Both the position numbers and the translations under genes were made by a program. From positions 46,564,001 through 46,628,000 of the forward strand of contig NC_087436.1 of the NCBI RefSeq assembly GCF_036321535.1: a stretch of 64,000 nucleotides of DNA, written 5' to 3'. The DNA is from Camelus dromedarius. Taxonomy: Eukaryota. Below the pieces are notes generated by a model. The model was not told where the DNA came from, searched no databases, and saw only the letters and a list, made by a program, of their open reading frames with translations. Of the stretch, positions 1 through 13,200 are shown piece after piece. Position 1 is the first letter of the stretch. Every line of letters begins with the position of its first letter.

Positions 1-2488
1 CTCACTTTTCTTTCTACCCTAAGGAGCAAACTCTGGTTTCCTCGGTGACTGTATAACAGTTAAGACTTCCATAACTGGGAAACGCATTGTGTTCGAGCAG
101 AGCTCATCCCAGTTTTGTTTTCTCTGATGTCTGCTCTTGTGTCAGAGGAAGACCCCATAACAAACAAGGCCACGAGTGCCCTGTCCTTCAATTACATACA
201 TGCCAACCTTCCTCTTTTAAGGCTGACAAGTCTCTCCCATCACCCTCCCCTTTAAAGAAGTGCTGTGCTGATTATTTCATCATTTCTCCCGAATGTTTTT
301 ATAATTTAGGGTTGTTTAAAATCCTCCCCCAATTTTTTTTTTCTTTTTGATACCAAAAACCATAGCCCTTTGTTGGTGGCAGGTGTGCAGCTGGCCATTG
401 TTGAAAGCGTGAGGTCAGTGCGGTGGCTCCGGACATTAATCAGTCATATCGTGGTCTACATGTTGTATGTCGTTTGTGTTGGAAATGCCCTCTTATGAGG
501 TTCTTGGGGCAATCATGGAGAGTATGGAAGCAGTATTTTGCAGCTGTTCCGAGTTTTTTTTACTTTTAACAAAAAGAGATTTTCACCTTTCGTACAATTT
601 ATCTAGTCTCCTTTCCACAACTAAAAAGATGTTTTGAAATTATTAAATAGAAGGTTTTAGTTTCAAGCTTTTAATATGCTGTCTATTCACTGAATGCAAA
701 CAGAAGTCAGCAAAAGACATTATAGATTACATTTTTAAAATGTGACATGAAATTGGTAACAGAATATAGTTTATACACATATTTTATGCTTAAAAACGCT
801 GGTGACCACTTTTTTAAAATTTTTCCCATGGGTACTGTACTCTAAGTACTGAAGTATTCCTCTTGATAGCAAATGCCTCACAGAGATCAGGCATGTAGTG
901 GGTGCTTAATGTGTATTCACTTATTGAATGAATGATACAAGCCTTAGAGCATAGGTTAAATCACACCAATTAGATCATGTCACACACATTAAAACCTCTA
1001 TAACGTGTAAGTCATTAATTCACATTTCAGGTAAATATAATATAATATTATCAGTGCAAAACTCTTATCATCTCCTGATTATTTTTAAATATTATAATAA
1101 TGATGACTCTGAAGAAAGTATCAAAGAGCAAAACAAAGTTGGGATTTCTATTTTATTTAAACTTTCAATCTGAATTTTTTAGAGTTTGCCCTAATGTCAA
1201 ATCTAGGACTAGTGATAATTTTTATGCAACATTTAGCCCAAAGCTCTATATATGCTAGCATTAAACAAACAAACAACACACATTTTTTAAAGTTTTAATC
1301 ATTGCTAACTAAAGATGTATCTTTCAGTTATAATCTGACTCAGGATTATACAGAAGGAATTGTAAAATGAAAAATTAAAGTACCCCCCCTTCAAAAAAAA
1401 ATATGTTATAGCAACATTGGTAGAGTATGCAGCTGGAATAGATTTTTTTTCTTGCATTTTGTATTATTAACTACATCTGAAGCATTAAATGGGGAAATAG
1501 TTTGGCAACCTTGCCAAGAAAATGTATAGAACTAGTGCATTGTCTTTCTTAAATACTCCTTGCTGTAATCAACATTTTTAAAGGACTATAAATAAACATT
1601 CGAGTTTCGAGATATAAAAGCCATGTCAAAAAAGTAATTGCGCTTATTCTTGAAACAAGAATTGAAAATGTCATCTATCAATCATACGTTATGCATAGCT
1701 TAGAGTTCAAGGTAAAGAAAAACGTTCGTTGCCTGAAAACAACATTAGGTTTTTAAAGCATTTCCCATTTAGACTTTGATGCTTGACTACTTGAAGTAAA
1801 CTGAGGAATAATTTTGTTTGGGACAGTTATTTTTTTGTTTGGATGCATGACATTTTTCCAGCATTTTCCTGCTCCTAGAAGTCCCCCTAGTGGTGACTAA
1901 TGTGAACACAGTAAGAGCAACCCAGAAAACAATGAGTATTGTTCATGTGAAATCCACAGTCACCCTGACATGTTAAAATTCTGCATTTGTTATTCATAAA
2001 TGCTCTTTTAACAAGTAAAACTAGAGCTCTTTTCTTTTCCTCTGAAATTCTAACCTTGATTGATGATTATAATGAGCCCTTTCCTAGGAGACTGACCATT
2101 ATTTTTTCTTCAGAACATAAAGAAATATATTGTGAAATATATTTTAACAGTCTTTTGAAATGAATTTCATATAGAAATTAGCAACCCAGACTGTTACTGG
2201 TAATTATTTTAAAGCCCACTTTATAAACCTCATTAACTTGATTTCTCAGTAAGAATTTGTCGAATGGAAATGTGATTAAAATGCCATCATCTGTGGGGTG
2301 TTTATTGTCATGTGTTTTTTTTTTTTTTAAACTAACAATTTGTAACAATGTGATATTCATCCCAGAACCCTGTGACTGCGTATTATGTTGTTTGAAGTGT
2401 TACATTTGTTCATTGGTACCTCATACTAATCTCTGTTCTTGTCATTCGTGTTACACCCACCAACCCTGCTACCAACCAAATCACACAG

Positions 2489-2524
2489 GGAGCATCTGGC
2501 TTAGACGGGAAGCCAGGATCCCGG
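2489..2524 (+). CDS. COL25A1: COL25A1 36-nt cassette exon ([12 protein letters not shown])
   Basis: cacacag|GGA GCA TCT...TCC CGG|gtgagt; 4 Gly-X-Y triplets. Confidence 0.88.
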
Positions 2525-5500
2525 GTGAGTCAGTACCTCATCTTGCTCCAACATGTTTTGTGGCTATGAATTTTGTGCTTCAGGACAGACTCTCATCAAA
2601 TGATGAGGGCTACACAGGACTGGAGCGAAAGGAGAAGGTGGACAAAGATAGTGACAGAAAAGGGAAAGGTAGACAGAGTCTGGGTGGCAGCTCTGTTTGA
2701 CGTCCAGCCTAAACTACAGAACATCTTTCTGAAGCCCAGGTTCAAGTCTGGAGAACTTGCAAGGTGGGAAGAATGACCAGTCTAATTGGCTTCACTGTCT
2801 TAGAATCCCAGACAGGTTTTTCCATAATTGATGGACACTTCCTGCAATTCCATGATAGGGGCCCTCTGAAGGAATTAAAGTCATGTGAATTTATTTGAAT
2901 TTGCTTTTCCTTTTAATGTTTATGTGCATATTAGAAATGTAACTTCTTCCTTGGAACTAACTTTCAAATCTCTGTTCATCAAAATGACTTGTCTGTCTTC
3001 TGTCATTTTGTCTCTTTTCCATGGTTCTTAACAGTGCCATCTCTTACATTTCAGCTTCAGATCCTCAATATTTAGAAGTCTTCTGAAGATGAACTTTGAG
3101 CTCAAGCAGTGAAAAAAATCAAACTGATGATGATAATTCACCAATATTAGAAAGAGTTTAAAGCCCTGAATTATTTCATATCACAAGGTTCTAATAGAAT
3201 AAACAAGGAGGGGAGGGTATAGCTCAGTGGTAGCACTCATGCTTAACATACACAAGGTCCTGGGTTCAATCCCCAGTACTTCCACAAAAAAAAAATAATA
3301 ATAAGTAAACCTAATTACCCCCCCAAGAAAAAATTTTTTAAGAATAAAAAACAATAGTATAAAGAAGTAGGAATACTATAAAGTTCGTGCTGGGATACTT
3401 CCTTTGTTTGCAAATATCATAATAAATTATTTGCAAATCTAAGCCTAGTGTTCCTGAAAATGAGCAAATATACTTGAATTCCCTGCTACATTTTTACAAA
3501 TCAAAAAAGAATTCCAAGCTCTTCAGTTCTAAAAACCTGCTTCAGGCGGTCATTATTTTCACTGGACCTCAGTGTTCATTATATTCATTCAGCTATTACC
3601 TCGTCTGCCACAGAAATCCTAATCCTGAACCAGGAGGCCAGAGGGCAATTGTGTCATTAAATCATCCAGCTGCCTGGTTTGTGCCTTGTAAGCTCAGTGA
3701 CTTGAGCCACTGCAGCAGAACCTGTAAGAATAAATCCTTCCTTCTAAGCCCCCTGCTGCTTCCCACAGAGCTGAAGAAAATTTAAACAGTTAAACACTGT
3801 TCTCATTTATACGAAAATATTTTTTGACTTGTGTAACTGTTCGAGCCTCTTAAACAGCTGAAAACAAGGCTTCAGAGTGTTTGTGGCCAAGAAGAGTGGG
3901 GGTAACTGTGGGGGCAGAGAATGGATGTAAACAAGAGATGATGTGACAGAAGGACAATGACATTTTTCTTCTTAAGATTTTGGAGGCAAAGTGAAGATGT
4001 TCCACTTAGTCAGGGAGGAAATATCTAATTAAATATGGTATACAGGTTTTGTGTGTGTGTGCCTTTCATTGAAATATGCAGTTATATAATTCATCCCTTT
4101 TGCATGAGTTTCTTGAAAACGACTGACCTGAAAGAATCGAGCATAAAGCAGTCTGAAAGGAGATGTGTTGTCTTGCTGACATTCTAAGGCATCATTCACC
4201 CAGGAAAAAGTCCAGGATAAATTATAACTGCTTGCCTTACAGCCCTTGGGATATGTCTCATATTATCTTATTGTTATCTTTTTTAGGGTACAGATGGCCC
4301 TGTGGGACCCCATGGCCCTGCAGGTCCCAAAGGAGAAAGAGTAAGTTGCTCCTGAAGTTATTAAGCTGTGATCTAAAGAAAACACAGCATGTGGCCTTTC
4401 CATTTGGGTTGATCTGAACTGTTCACTTCCCAGAAGAAATAAAGGGCCACCTAATAGTGCATAGAAATAGATACCGTCTCAGGTTCTATTAAGAGTCCTC
4501 ACACTGAGAGAACAACAGAATATTAAAATAGAATATGGCTGCCTTAATAAAAAACAATGCATACATTTTCATAGCTAAAAGAAATAGCTCAGACTCTTCC
4601 TTCTTAACCCATAAGGAAGATATTTTCATTTGGCCTTAATCCAGAAAGTTGAAGTCAGTGGAGCTAAAATTTCCAGGACTACGTTTTCTGGTTGATAATC
4701 TTTTATATAAAGCTACTGTATTCATTCGGAGTAAGTTATAACTTTTTTTAAAGGAAATTACAAAACCTAAGTTACACATGCTCTTTTTTTTTTTTTCAGC
4801 CGAAAAATAGTCTGTCTTTCTTTAACCATAAGGAAATAATTTCAGTGCATTACAAAACAAAAACCTTTCACAAACCTCTCTATTGCTAGGCCATGTTTCC
4901 ATATCTTTGGGGGAAAAAAAAGACATCCAGAGTGGAAGATAAATATCTGCCACAAAAAAATGTACTGCAGCAGCAGCAGCAGCAGCTGGTCATCTGTCTG
5001 GAACTTCTCTCCCTCTTTCTCTGTTTTTCTCCCACTTTTTCTTTTCCTCACCTTGGAAAACGTAGGAGGTTTTTTGTGTTTCTGAGTGGAATTGTGTCAG
5101 CCATTTCCCCACCATCCAGAATAGGATGTAAAGAAATTATCCTAATAGTGAGGGCTTCAAAATGTTGGAATGATTCATTGTGCAAGTTTGTGGTCTTGTA
5201 AAACTAGAGTTTCATCAGTCTGGGATAATTCGCTTGAAAATACAGGGCCACATGGTGATTTCTTTGGCATACATCCCAATCCCATAATTCCACATTCACT
5301 GTAAGTGAACTCATTCATTCAGTAAATATTTATCACATTACAATGTACAAAACACGGTGTACTCCTAGTGTGAAATGGAAACACTCTACACCCATTTATG
5401 GATTCTATTTTGCTAATTGCTCCAGTGAATTCAATAATATCATTATAATCGATTCGTCATCCTCAACCTTTTATTAATACACTGTGTGTATTTACTCAAT

Positions 5501-7218
5501 ACTGTAAAGGAAGCAGCTATTTTCCCTAGAAAAGGAATCTAGAAAAGGTTACAATCTAATTGCAGAGAAAAAAAATCTGCAAGACATAACCAGATAAGGA
5601 GGCCAAAATAAATACAATTAGTACCAGCTGTGCATTCAGTGATAAAGGAAGGTTGGCTTTATCCAAGAATACTTCTGGAAAGAGGTGAGTTCTAAAAGAA
5701 TGAATTATCTGAATCTGCAACTGTCTTAATTCTAAGGTCAAACCAAGACCTTCAAAGATCATCTGAATTAAAAATAATGAAAAGCGAAGAGCCTCACGCT
5801 GCTGATGCATTCAAGCATTGTATCAAGAAACCCAGCACATGTACTAAAAATGGAGCAGCAAATCTCAAGTAGTCTTTTGGCAGAAGGCCCCGGGGCTCAA
5901 GAGGGTTTACCGTTTGGTAAATCAGCTGCTACTTCCGAGAGCTCCACAGTGTCACAAGAGTATCAGGTCTCAGCCCTGGGGTAGATTAACCAGGAGAGCA
6001 AATGAAATGGCTAAGAATTTGTGAAGGCATAGTTTAAGTCAAATGGTGCAGTGTAAGTGTTACACTTGTATTTACGCAGCCTGTTAACCATCTTAACTGG
6101 ATCATGTATCTGACTCTCCAAGTGCCCCTCACCCTAAGAGCTAAACTGGAGAGTGATTCTCAAAGTTAATTGACTGAGGTGCCATCTGGAGTCTCTTGAA
6201 AAAGTTTTAAATTTTAAAGAGGCAGGAATCAAGAAAGGGAGCCATTCTAGAATAATTCCTCAGTGTAGATGTGCAAATTGAAGAGACTGAATGAAATAAG
6301 ACCAGACCAAAAGAAACCAGGCATTTGACAGACAGTTTTATTCAAGAACTGTCAAAGACTTGACTGACAGCATTGGTATGCAGCTCTCCAGAGCAGATGG
6401 TCCCTGCCTTCAGCTGATTTCTCCATCTTGGCCTTGTAACTACTTAGGAACTCGATAGCTTATGTTAAATTTGAGAGGCTCAAAAGGTCTTTTGGAATTA
6501 ATTAATCCAGGAAAAGAAGTTGCACATTCCAAGCCCTGTGTTAATATTTCATTCTTAAAAGCGTTTGAACTGGGACCATTAGGATGCTTTGGGCTCTAAG
6601 TGATAGAACCCCAACACAAAATGGCTTAAATAATAAAGAAATGTACATTTTGTCTGACAAAATATTCAAAGGAGGATCTCTAGGCTTTGTTTCTGTGCCC
6701 TTTCTATGAGCTGGCTTTGTCTTCTGACAGCAGGCAAGCTGGTCACAGTGGTTCCAAACATCCCCTGTGGAGGGGGCTCAGCAGAAAACAAACATGGAGA
6801 CTGTCTTCTCCTGAATCTTCCTTAGCAGTGAGGAAACTTTCCCCAAAGCGTCCCAGAGACTTCCCCGATGCCTCATGGACCAGAATTGGGTCCTATTTCC
6901 ACTTCTGAAGCAGTCAGTGGCGAGTGAGATGAACTGTCATGATTAGTTTAATTATTTGGAATGGACAATTCTGTAAGAGGAGTTCCACAGACAAATGCTT
7001 TAGTGACAGCTTAATTCAAATAAGCTATGGTATATTTATTTTAAAAACAAAATAAAGCTGAGACACTCAGTCAGATGAGGAAGAAGGGAGGAGGTATATC
7101 AAAATAATCTGTGGAGGTTTTTTAAATTAGACGTACTCTAATGTATTGAGTTTTTACAGATTAGACTGATTCCAGGTTATGAACCCTCCTTCTAAACCCC
7201 CACCCCCCACTACACACA

Positions 7219-7253
<35 letters not shown>

Positions 7254-10200
7254 CACCAGCACCACCACCATTTAGAAAAATCATAAATAACAGACCAAAC
7301 TGAAAGAAATTTATTTTGAATTGGTGCTCTTTGGGTTGCCAAGCCCTTTTTATTAAATATGAGACCTCTAACTGTACAATAATGATGATAGCTGCTATTT
7401 ATGGACATTTTATTATGCAACATATCATTGTATATTTTATAATCACATTTAATCTTCAGACAAATTATTGCAGAATATGTATTATTATTCTTATTTTACA
7501 ACCAATGAAACACAGGCACAGAAAGGTTAAGAAAGTTACCCAAGATCACACAACCAGTAAGCACCAGAACTAGAATTCAAATGTAAGTCTGTTGCATTTC
7601 AAAGCCTGGTCACTTTACCAAATGCAATTCCTGCTGTTTCAGTAATAAACATAAAATAATAATGAGTAAAAGTTCAACAAATTTTATCGTATTTATTCCC
7701 CATAATCTCCCTATATTATATGTGCCTCTAAGAGACAGTGCTAATTGGCACCAACAACCCCTAAATTTAGATTAAAGAAGAATGTTAACAGTGACTTGAA
7801 ATTTGCTCACATGGGAATTTGCAAGAGAGAGAAACACACATAATACTTGGATCTGCATGCAATTAACAGCTGAACTTGGCATTTTACCCATGAAAAGGTT
7901 TTGGGACCCTTTAAACTTCTTCAGAGGTGTGATAAAAGAAGGTAACATTTTCTGTTTGGCCCCTCCTATAAACATCATCATACTCCTGAAGTTTTCATGC
8001 TAAATACTGACAGTTTAATTTTGGAGATGGCAGCAGCAGAAGACACTATTTGAAATGCCAAACATCTCTTTCTTTATTATCACAATTATTTCATATTCCT
8101 GGGACCACCTCCAATTACATTTACTTTTTTATAAGCATTCAAGATTATCGTTTAAGCAGGGACCAGCTATTCTACTTGAATAGGTACATGGAAAGAGAGT
8201 GATGAAAGTAATCAGTTCCTACCTTATCAGGCATTGAGGAGAAGGCATAAACATTTTGAAATCCTCTTTTTCAGAAAGGAAGCAAAACGTACATGATTGT
8301 ATTGATTTGATTTAATTTATTAATGCAACAAATACATACTGATGTGCCAGACACTATTATAAACTGGGGAGGCAGAAGGGAAGGAAGCCAGAGCTGGGGC
8401 ACCCTCATGTGCATCTTCTAGGGAGGGGCTCAGCAGAGAATAAACAAGTTAAAACGTGGGTGTGTCTCCCACTGTGTGAGCACCATGAAGTAAAATACAG
8501 CTCAGTGAAGGGTGGAGACCGTCAAGGAAGGAAGAGCTTGCTGAAGAGGAGACACTTGATAGGGGGACAAAAAGCAGTTTATTCTTCTATTTTTTAAAAG
8601 AGTAGTAACTTAAAATAAGCAGTAACAAATAAATTTTCACACTAATACCAAAGAAACCCAAGCACAGCATCCTAGATATGCAGACCCTTTCGCACAGTTG
8701 TGCAGCAGTGGTCTGACCCACGGTCTTTTCAAAGGTGATTCTCTAAAAACGTTAATGTGGATTTCTTTTGCTGTATCTCTGACAGCGACCCTGGAAGAGC
8801 CTGACTCTTTAGAATTTTAATCAAATGGTGCTTCAAACAGAGGTTTTAGATACAGGCCATTAGGGAAAGTGTGTGAATATAGGCATTTGTGTATAATTTG
8901 AACTTTCGCCTTTCATCACAGGGTGAAAAGGGAGCTGCGGGCGAGCCGGGACCCCGAGGACCATACGGCCTGCCGGTGAGTTCTCTGTCTGGCGAAGTTT
9001 CCCCTCCCGCATGTGTAGACGCCCGTCACTCTCCAGTTAACCCTCGCCTCGCATGGAGGCTAATCCCGCTAGAGGAACAAGGAACCATCCACTAACTCTC
9101 TACAACCCAGCCTAACCGTGTCCTTCAGAGACGGGTCATATTCGTGTCGCTTTGTCGCGCTCGCGTACAGACACCACCCACACACCTCACGAGACTGAGA
9201 ATCAGAGCTTGTCCGAGAGACAGACAGGGCTCACCCGACGGCGGGATTCGGGCTGTCAGTCGCGCCCTCCCTAGGCCGTCCGTCCGACCCCTAACTGGCC
9301 CTTCCTGGGAGGTCCCCGTACCAGCAGTGGGTGTGCAAGCTTTATTGAAAACAGCTCTTCAGACTTTATCTGTTCTCACAGGTTACTTACTAACACTGCT
9401 CTTGCTAATAAAAGTTATTTCTCAACTTGACGTTTAAGGTGACATTGATGTTTCTGGCCTTTCTAAATGACTGTGACGGCCAGTGATCTTTCAGAGCAGA
9501 GAATGTTGATAGTGTTCTGTCTTCTGAAAATTCTGTTACACCTGCTTCAGATTGAGGCCTCAGGTTCGCTTCCGAACAATATCTCAATGACTCAGTAGGG
9601 TAGGTAGGTCTGCTGTGGAAGCACATACTGTCTCTATGTTTTCAACCCCTACTTACCTTCCACGTACCTGTACTTGCCAGTTTTTATGAACTGAAATAAT
9701 AAACTATGATTATTTGAGTGCTTAAAGAGGTGCTGATTTTGAAATCTAATTGATGGAATCAAAGTGACTTCTCTAACTTTTGGTAGATCCCTTATATGGC
9801 TGACACTCGTCACTGCTCTGAAAATCTGCACCACGGGGGTGAATTTATCATCCTTGCACAAAAGTTTTCTACTCTTTTTATAATAGGGGGTCGTGCACTT
9901 ACAAACAGTTTTTAGGTTGTGATCCTCAGACCCTCAATATTAATAGACAAGGTACACATCTAGCCAAATTAAAATTATATGTAATAGACAGTTTTCACAT
10001 TCTTTACTCAGTCATGAGCTAACTACTAGATTTAGTTGTCAAACTAAAGTAGCATTGATTTGCATACTCTATTAGTGCTGGTGTGTTTTTATATTAACTA
10101 AACAGTATTTTTGTTTTCAGCGTACTCCTGGATTGATAACTTGGATACCAAGGATTAAACTTCAGCAAAATATCAGACTACTTAACCTGATATATAATAA

Positions 10201-13200
10201 AACATTTTCATGACCCTTAACTGCAACATTAACAGTCACTTCACTTGATTTAGTGAAAGAAATTTGTATTACTAATCAGTAAGGACTCTTCCTCACATTT
10301 CTGAAGTAGTTGTTCTAATACTAGTGTTGCATGTCCAGGCAGCCTTAAATAAAACAATAACCTCTTCATGGAACTTAGGAACACTAATGTAGCTACTATG
10401 ATTCTTTGGCAGGGGAAAGATGGAGAGCCTGGTCTTGATGTAAGTAATGTGTACAACAAACATCTTCCCATTATAATAGATGCTGATGGTCTCCATCATC
10501 AGTAAGAGCAAGAATACTTCTGTTTTTTTCTGTGCACATAGTTACGCACACTGCATGCACTGCTGTGCCTGCGGACAGCAATTTGAAATACACCACTAGC
10601 GTCTGCATGAAGTAGATGTAAAAGCAAAAACCATAATTATCTGGTATGAAATTAATAACCAACAGGTGACAGTGTGGCACTTCAAAATACTATCCCAAAT
10701 TAGAGACACTCAACATCAGCAATCGAACCACTTATTTTAAAATATGCATGAAATTGAAATCTCTATCATATGCTACCATTAGGGAATGGTTTATTATGTT
10801 TATTCTCAAAGCTGTTATGCAGTAGTTCTCTTTTTAGCATCAAGTCCCTATATATCTTATAGTAACATAATTCTATAAAAATAGAGAAAATCAAAAGTCA
10901 AGCTCTCTTAAGATGATTACTTCTCATCCTGTATTACGTAGTTACAAAAGTAATAGTAGTTACCGTTTATTGGGCACCTGTTGTGTGCAGATGTCATTCT
11001 GTATTTCATATATAATCATTTGCATTTAACACTCACACCAGCAGTTGTGTGCGTAGCAGATATCATTAACCTCATTTTACAGTCAAAGGACTAAAATGCT
11101 GAGGTTATTTGTCTGCGGCCACACAAATCAGAAAGCTTGCCAGGATTCAAACTAGGATCCTGTTATTCTTAGGCAAAAAAAGGAATCTGTTGTTTATAGA
11201 TACTTGAGATGCTAGGAAACTGTTATTTCTAAGTGCTACTTCACCCATCTAAGTTTTGAGATTTAGGGGCATGCCATGTTTCTTTATATTTGCATTCAGA
11301 TACATGAAATCTTACTTTTTTTTTTTTTTTTTTTTGATGTGGTTTTGCCACAGTTACATCAATAGATCTTTTTGGTTTGCTTTTTATCCTTTAGGGTTTC
11401 CCTGGTCCACGAGGCGAGAAGGGTGATCTGGGAGAAAAGGGGGAAAAGGTGACCTCCCCATCCTAGCATGTGCCTGTTTGATTTTCCTGCTTCTGTCTGC
11501 TTTGCTGTTCAACCTGTCCAATTCTTTCATACGTCTGATCTTTCTGCATCCTGTGCTCCAAAAACACACTGATGTCTGATCTGAGGAACCAGGCCTTCGC
11601 AGAGGAATAAAGAAGGCTACATGGCGAGAAACAAGGGCACAGTTAGCACAAAAGAAAAAAAAAAAACCACAATCCCCACATAGCAGGGCTGCAAACTTTC
11701 TGCTGCCTGACACCAAACAATCAATGATGTAGTTTCCAGGGGGTTTTGAAAATCAGGGTGAGGAGGAGGCATTTATTACATTAAAGTAAAATTAAATAGC
11801 ACAGATCTGCAACGGTCTTCTGGCAGAGCTCACCTAGCCCTGTACAGCCAGCATCTCATTTATCTTCCCAGCATCCCCAGTGGAGGGTCAGAGGATATGT
11901 CCTGTATCTTGATTTTTTTGATTGGGAAATGAAACACAAGCAGTGTGACTGATAAACCCCAGTGAGTCCATTATATAGGGATCAGGACTTGTTGCCTGCA
12001 GATACTGTAGATATTTTTAAATGAAGATATTAGTGTATTTTATGAGACTGGTTTCAGGTTCTATCTCAAGACCATCAGCTCCAGGGGATAGAGGAGCCAG
12101 TATCGGGCAAAATGGTTTTATGTCTGGAAGGAAAATTTGGATTATGGATTTTTTAAATCACTTTTTCCTTTCCGCTCCCCTTTGCTTGGGTCTTTGAAGA
12201 ATAATTTTTTATATTGGACGTAACTAAAGAAGGAAAAACACCCTCAGCACCTCAGTAGAATAATGAAAATCTTAATGTGGCTGAATATGTACTTTCACAG
12301 TTCGAATTTAAACCGATTGTATTTCTCAGATTAATTTATGTCCTGTTCTACTTAACACACTGTTTTCAAAACCCTATAAATTCTCTTTAACAGTGAAGTT
12401 CACAACTGTTGAAAAGCAAGGCCAAATGAGAGTTGCCAAAGAAAGGTGATTAAGCCTGTTGTGTATTCTTTGGGCCTTAAACATTACTAAGCTTTCCCAT
12501 TGCTAGGAGAGCTCATGTGAGTGTTCATGTAAAAGCACCATCACCATCCTCACCAATATCATGATGTTTATTGAACACTTATTATGTGTTTTTTCTAAGA
12601 ATTTTACCCATGATAAGTCTTTTAATCCTCATAACAACTCCCTGAAGTTGGTGCTATGTCCCCATTTCACAGGTGAGGAAACTGAGGCATTAAAAAAGTT
12701 CTTTTAGTGGGGAGGGTGTGGCTCAGTGGTAGAATGTGTGCCTAGCATGCATGAGGTCCTGGGCTCAATCCTCAGTACCTCCGTGTAAATAAATAAACAA
12801 ACAAACAAACCTAATTATCTAATTCCCCCAAAAAACAAACCAAAAAAAAAAAGTTCTTTTATTCGTCATTGTACATTCTAACTGTAAAATATACATGTTT
12901 GGAGATAAATTATTCATGTGAGCTTTTAACCCAAGATGTGTGTGTACTTTATAGGTATTTTTAAAAAATTATAGGCATTTATTTTATATTTACCTAATGG
13001 ATTGTATGCATCTAAAACCTTATCCACTCAAAAGTATGTCACCACTATGAAGACATTCATTTTAATGATCTTTTAAACAAAGAAGTTACCAGTATTATAA
13101 CTTATGAAAACCTAAAGCTATACATTTAATCCTCAGAATAATGTTAATTACCCCCACAAAAGTATTTCCATATTTCAGATTCCATGATTAGAAGTTTTAT

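Noticed and set aside
4968..4985. (CAG)6 giving a polyQ in ORF 4893-5201
   Set aside because: Short intronic microsatellite with no supported exon.
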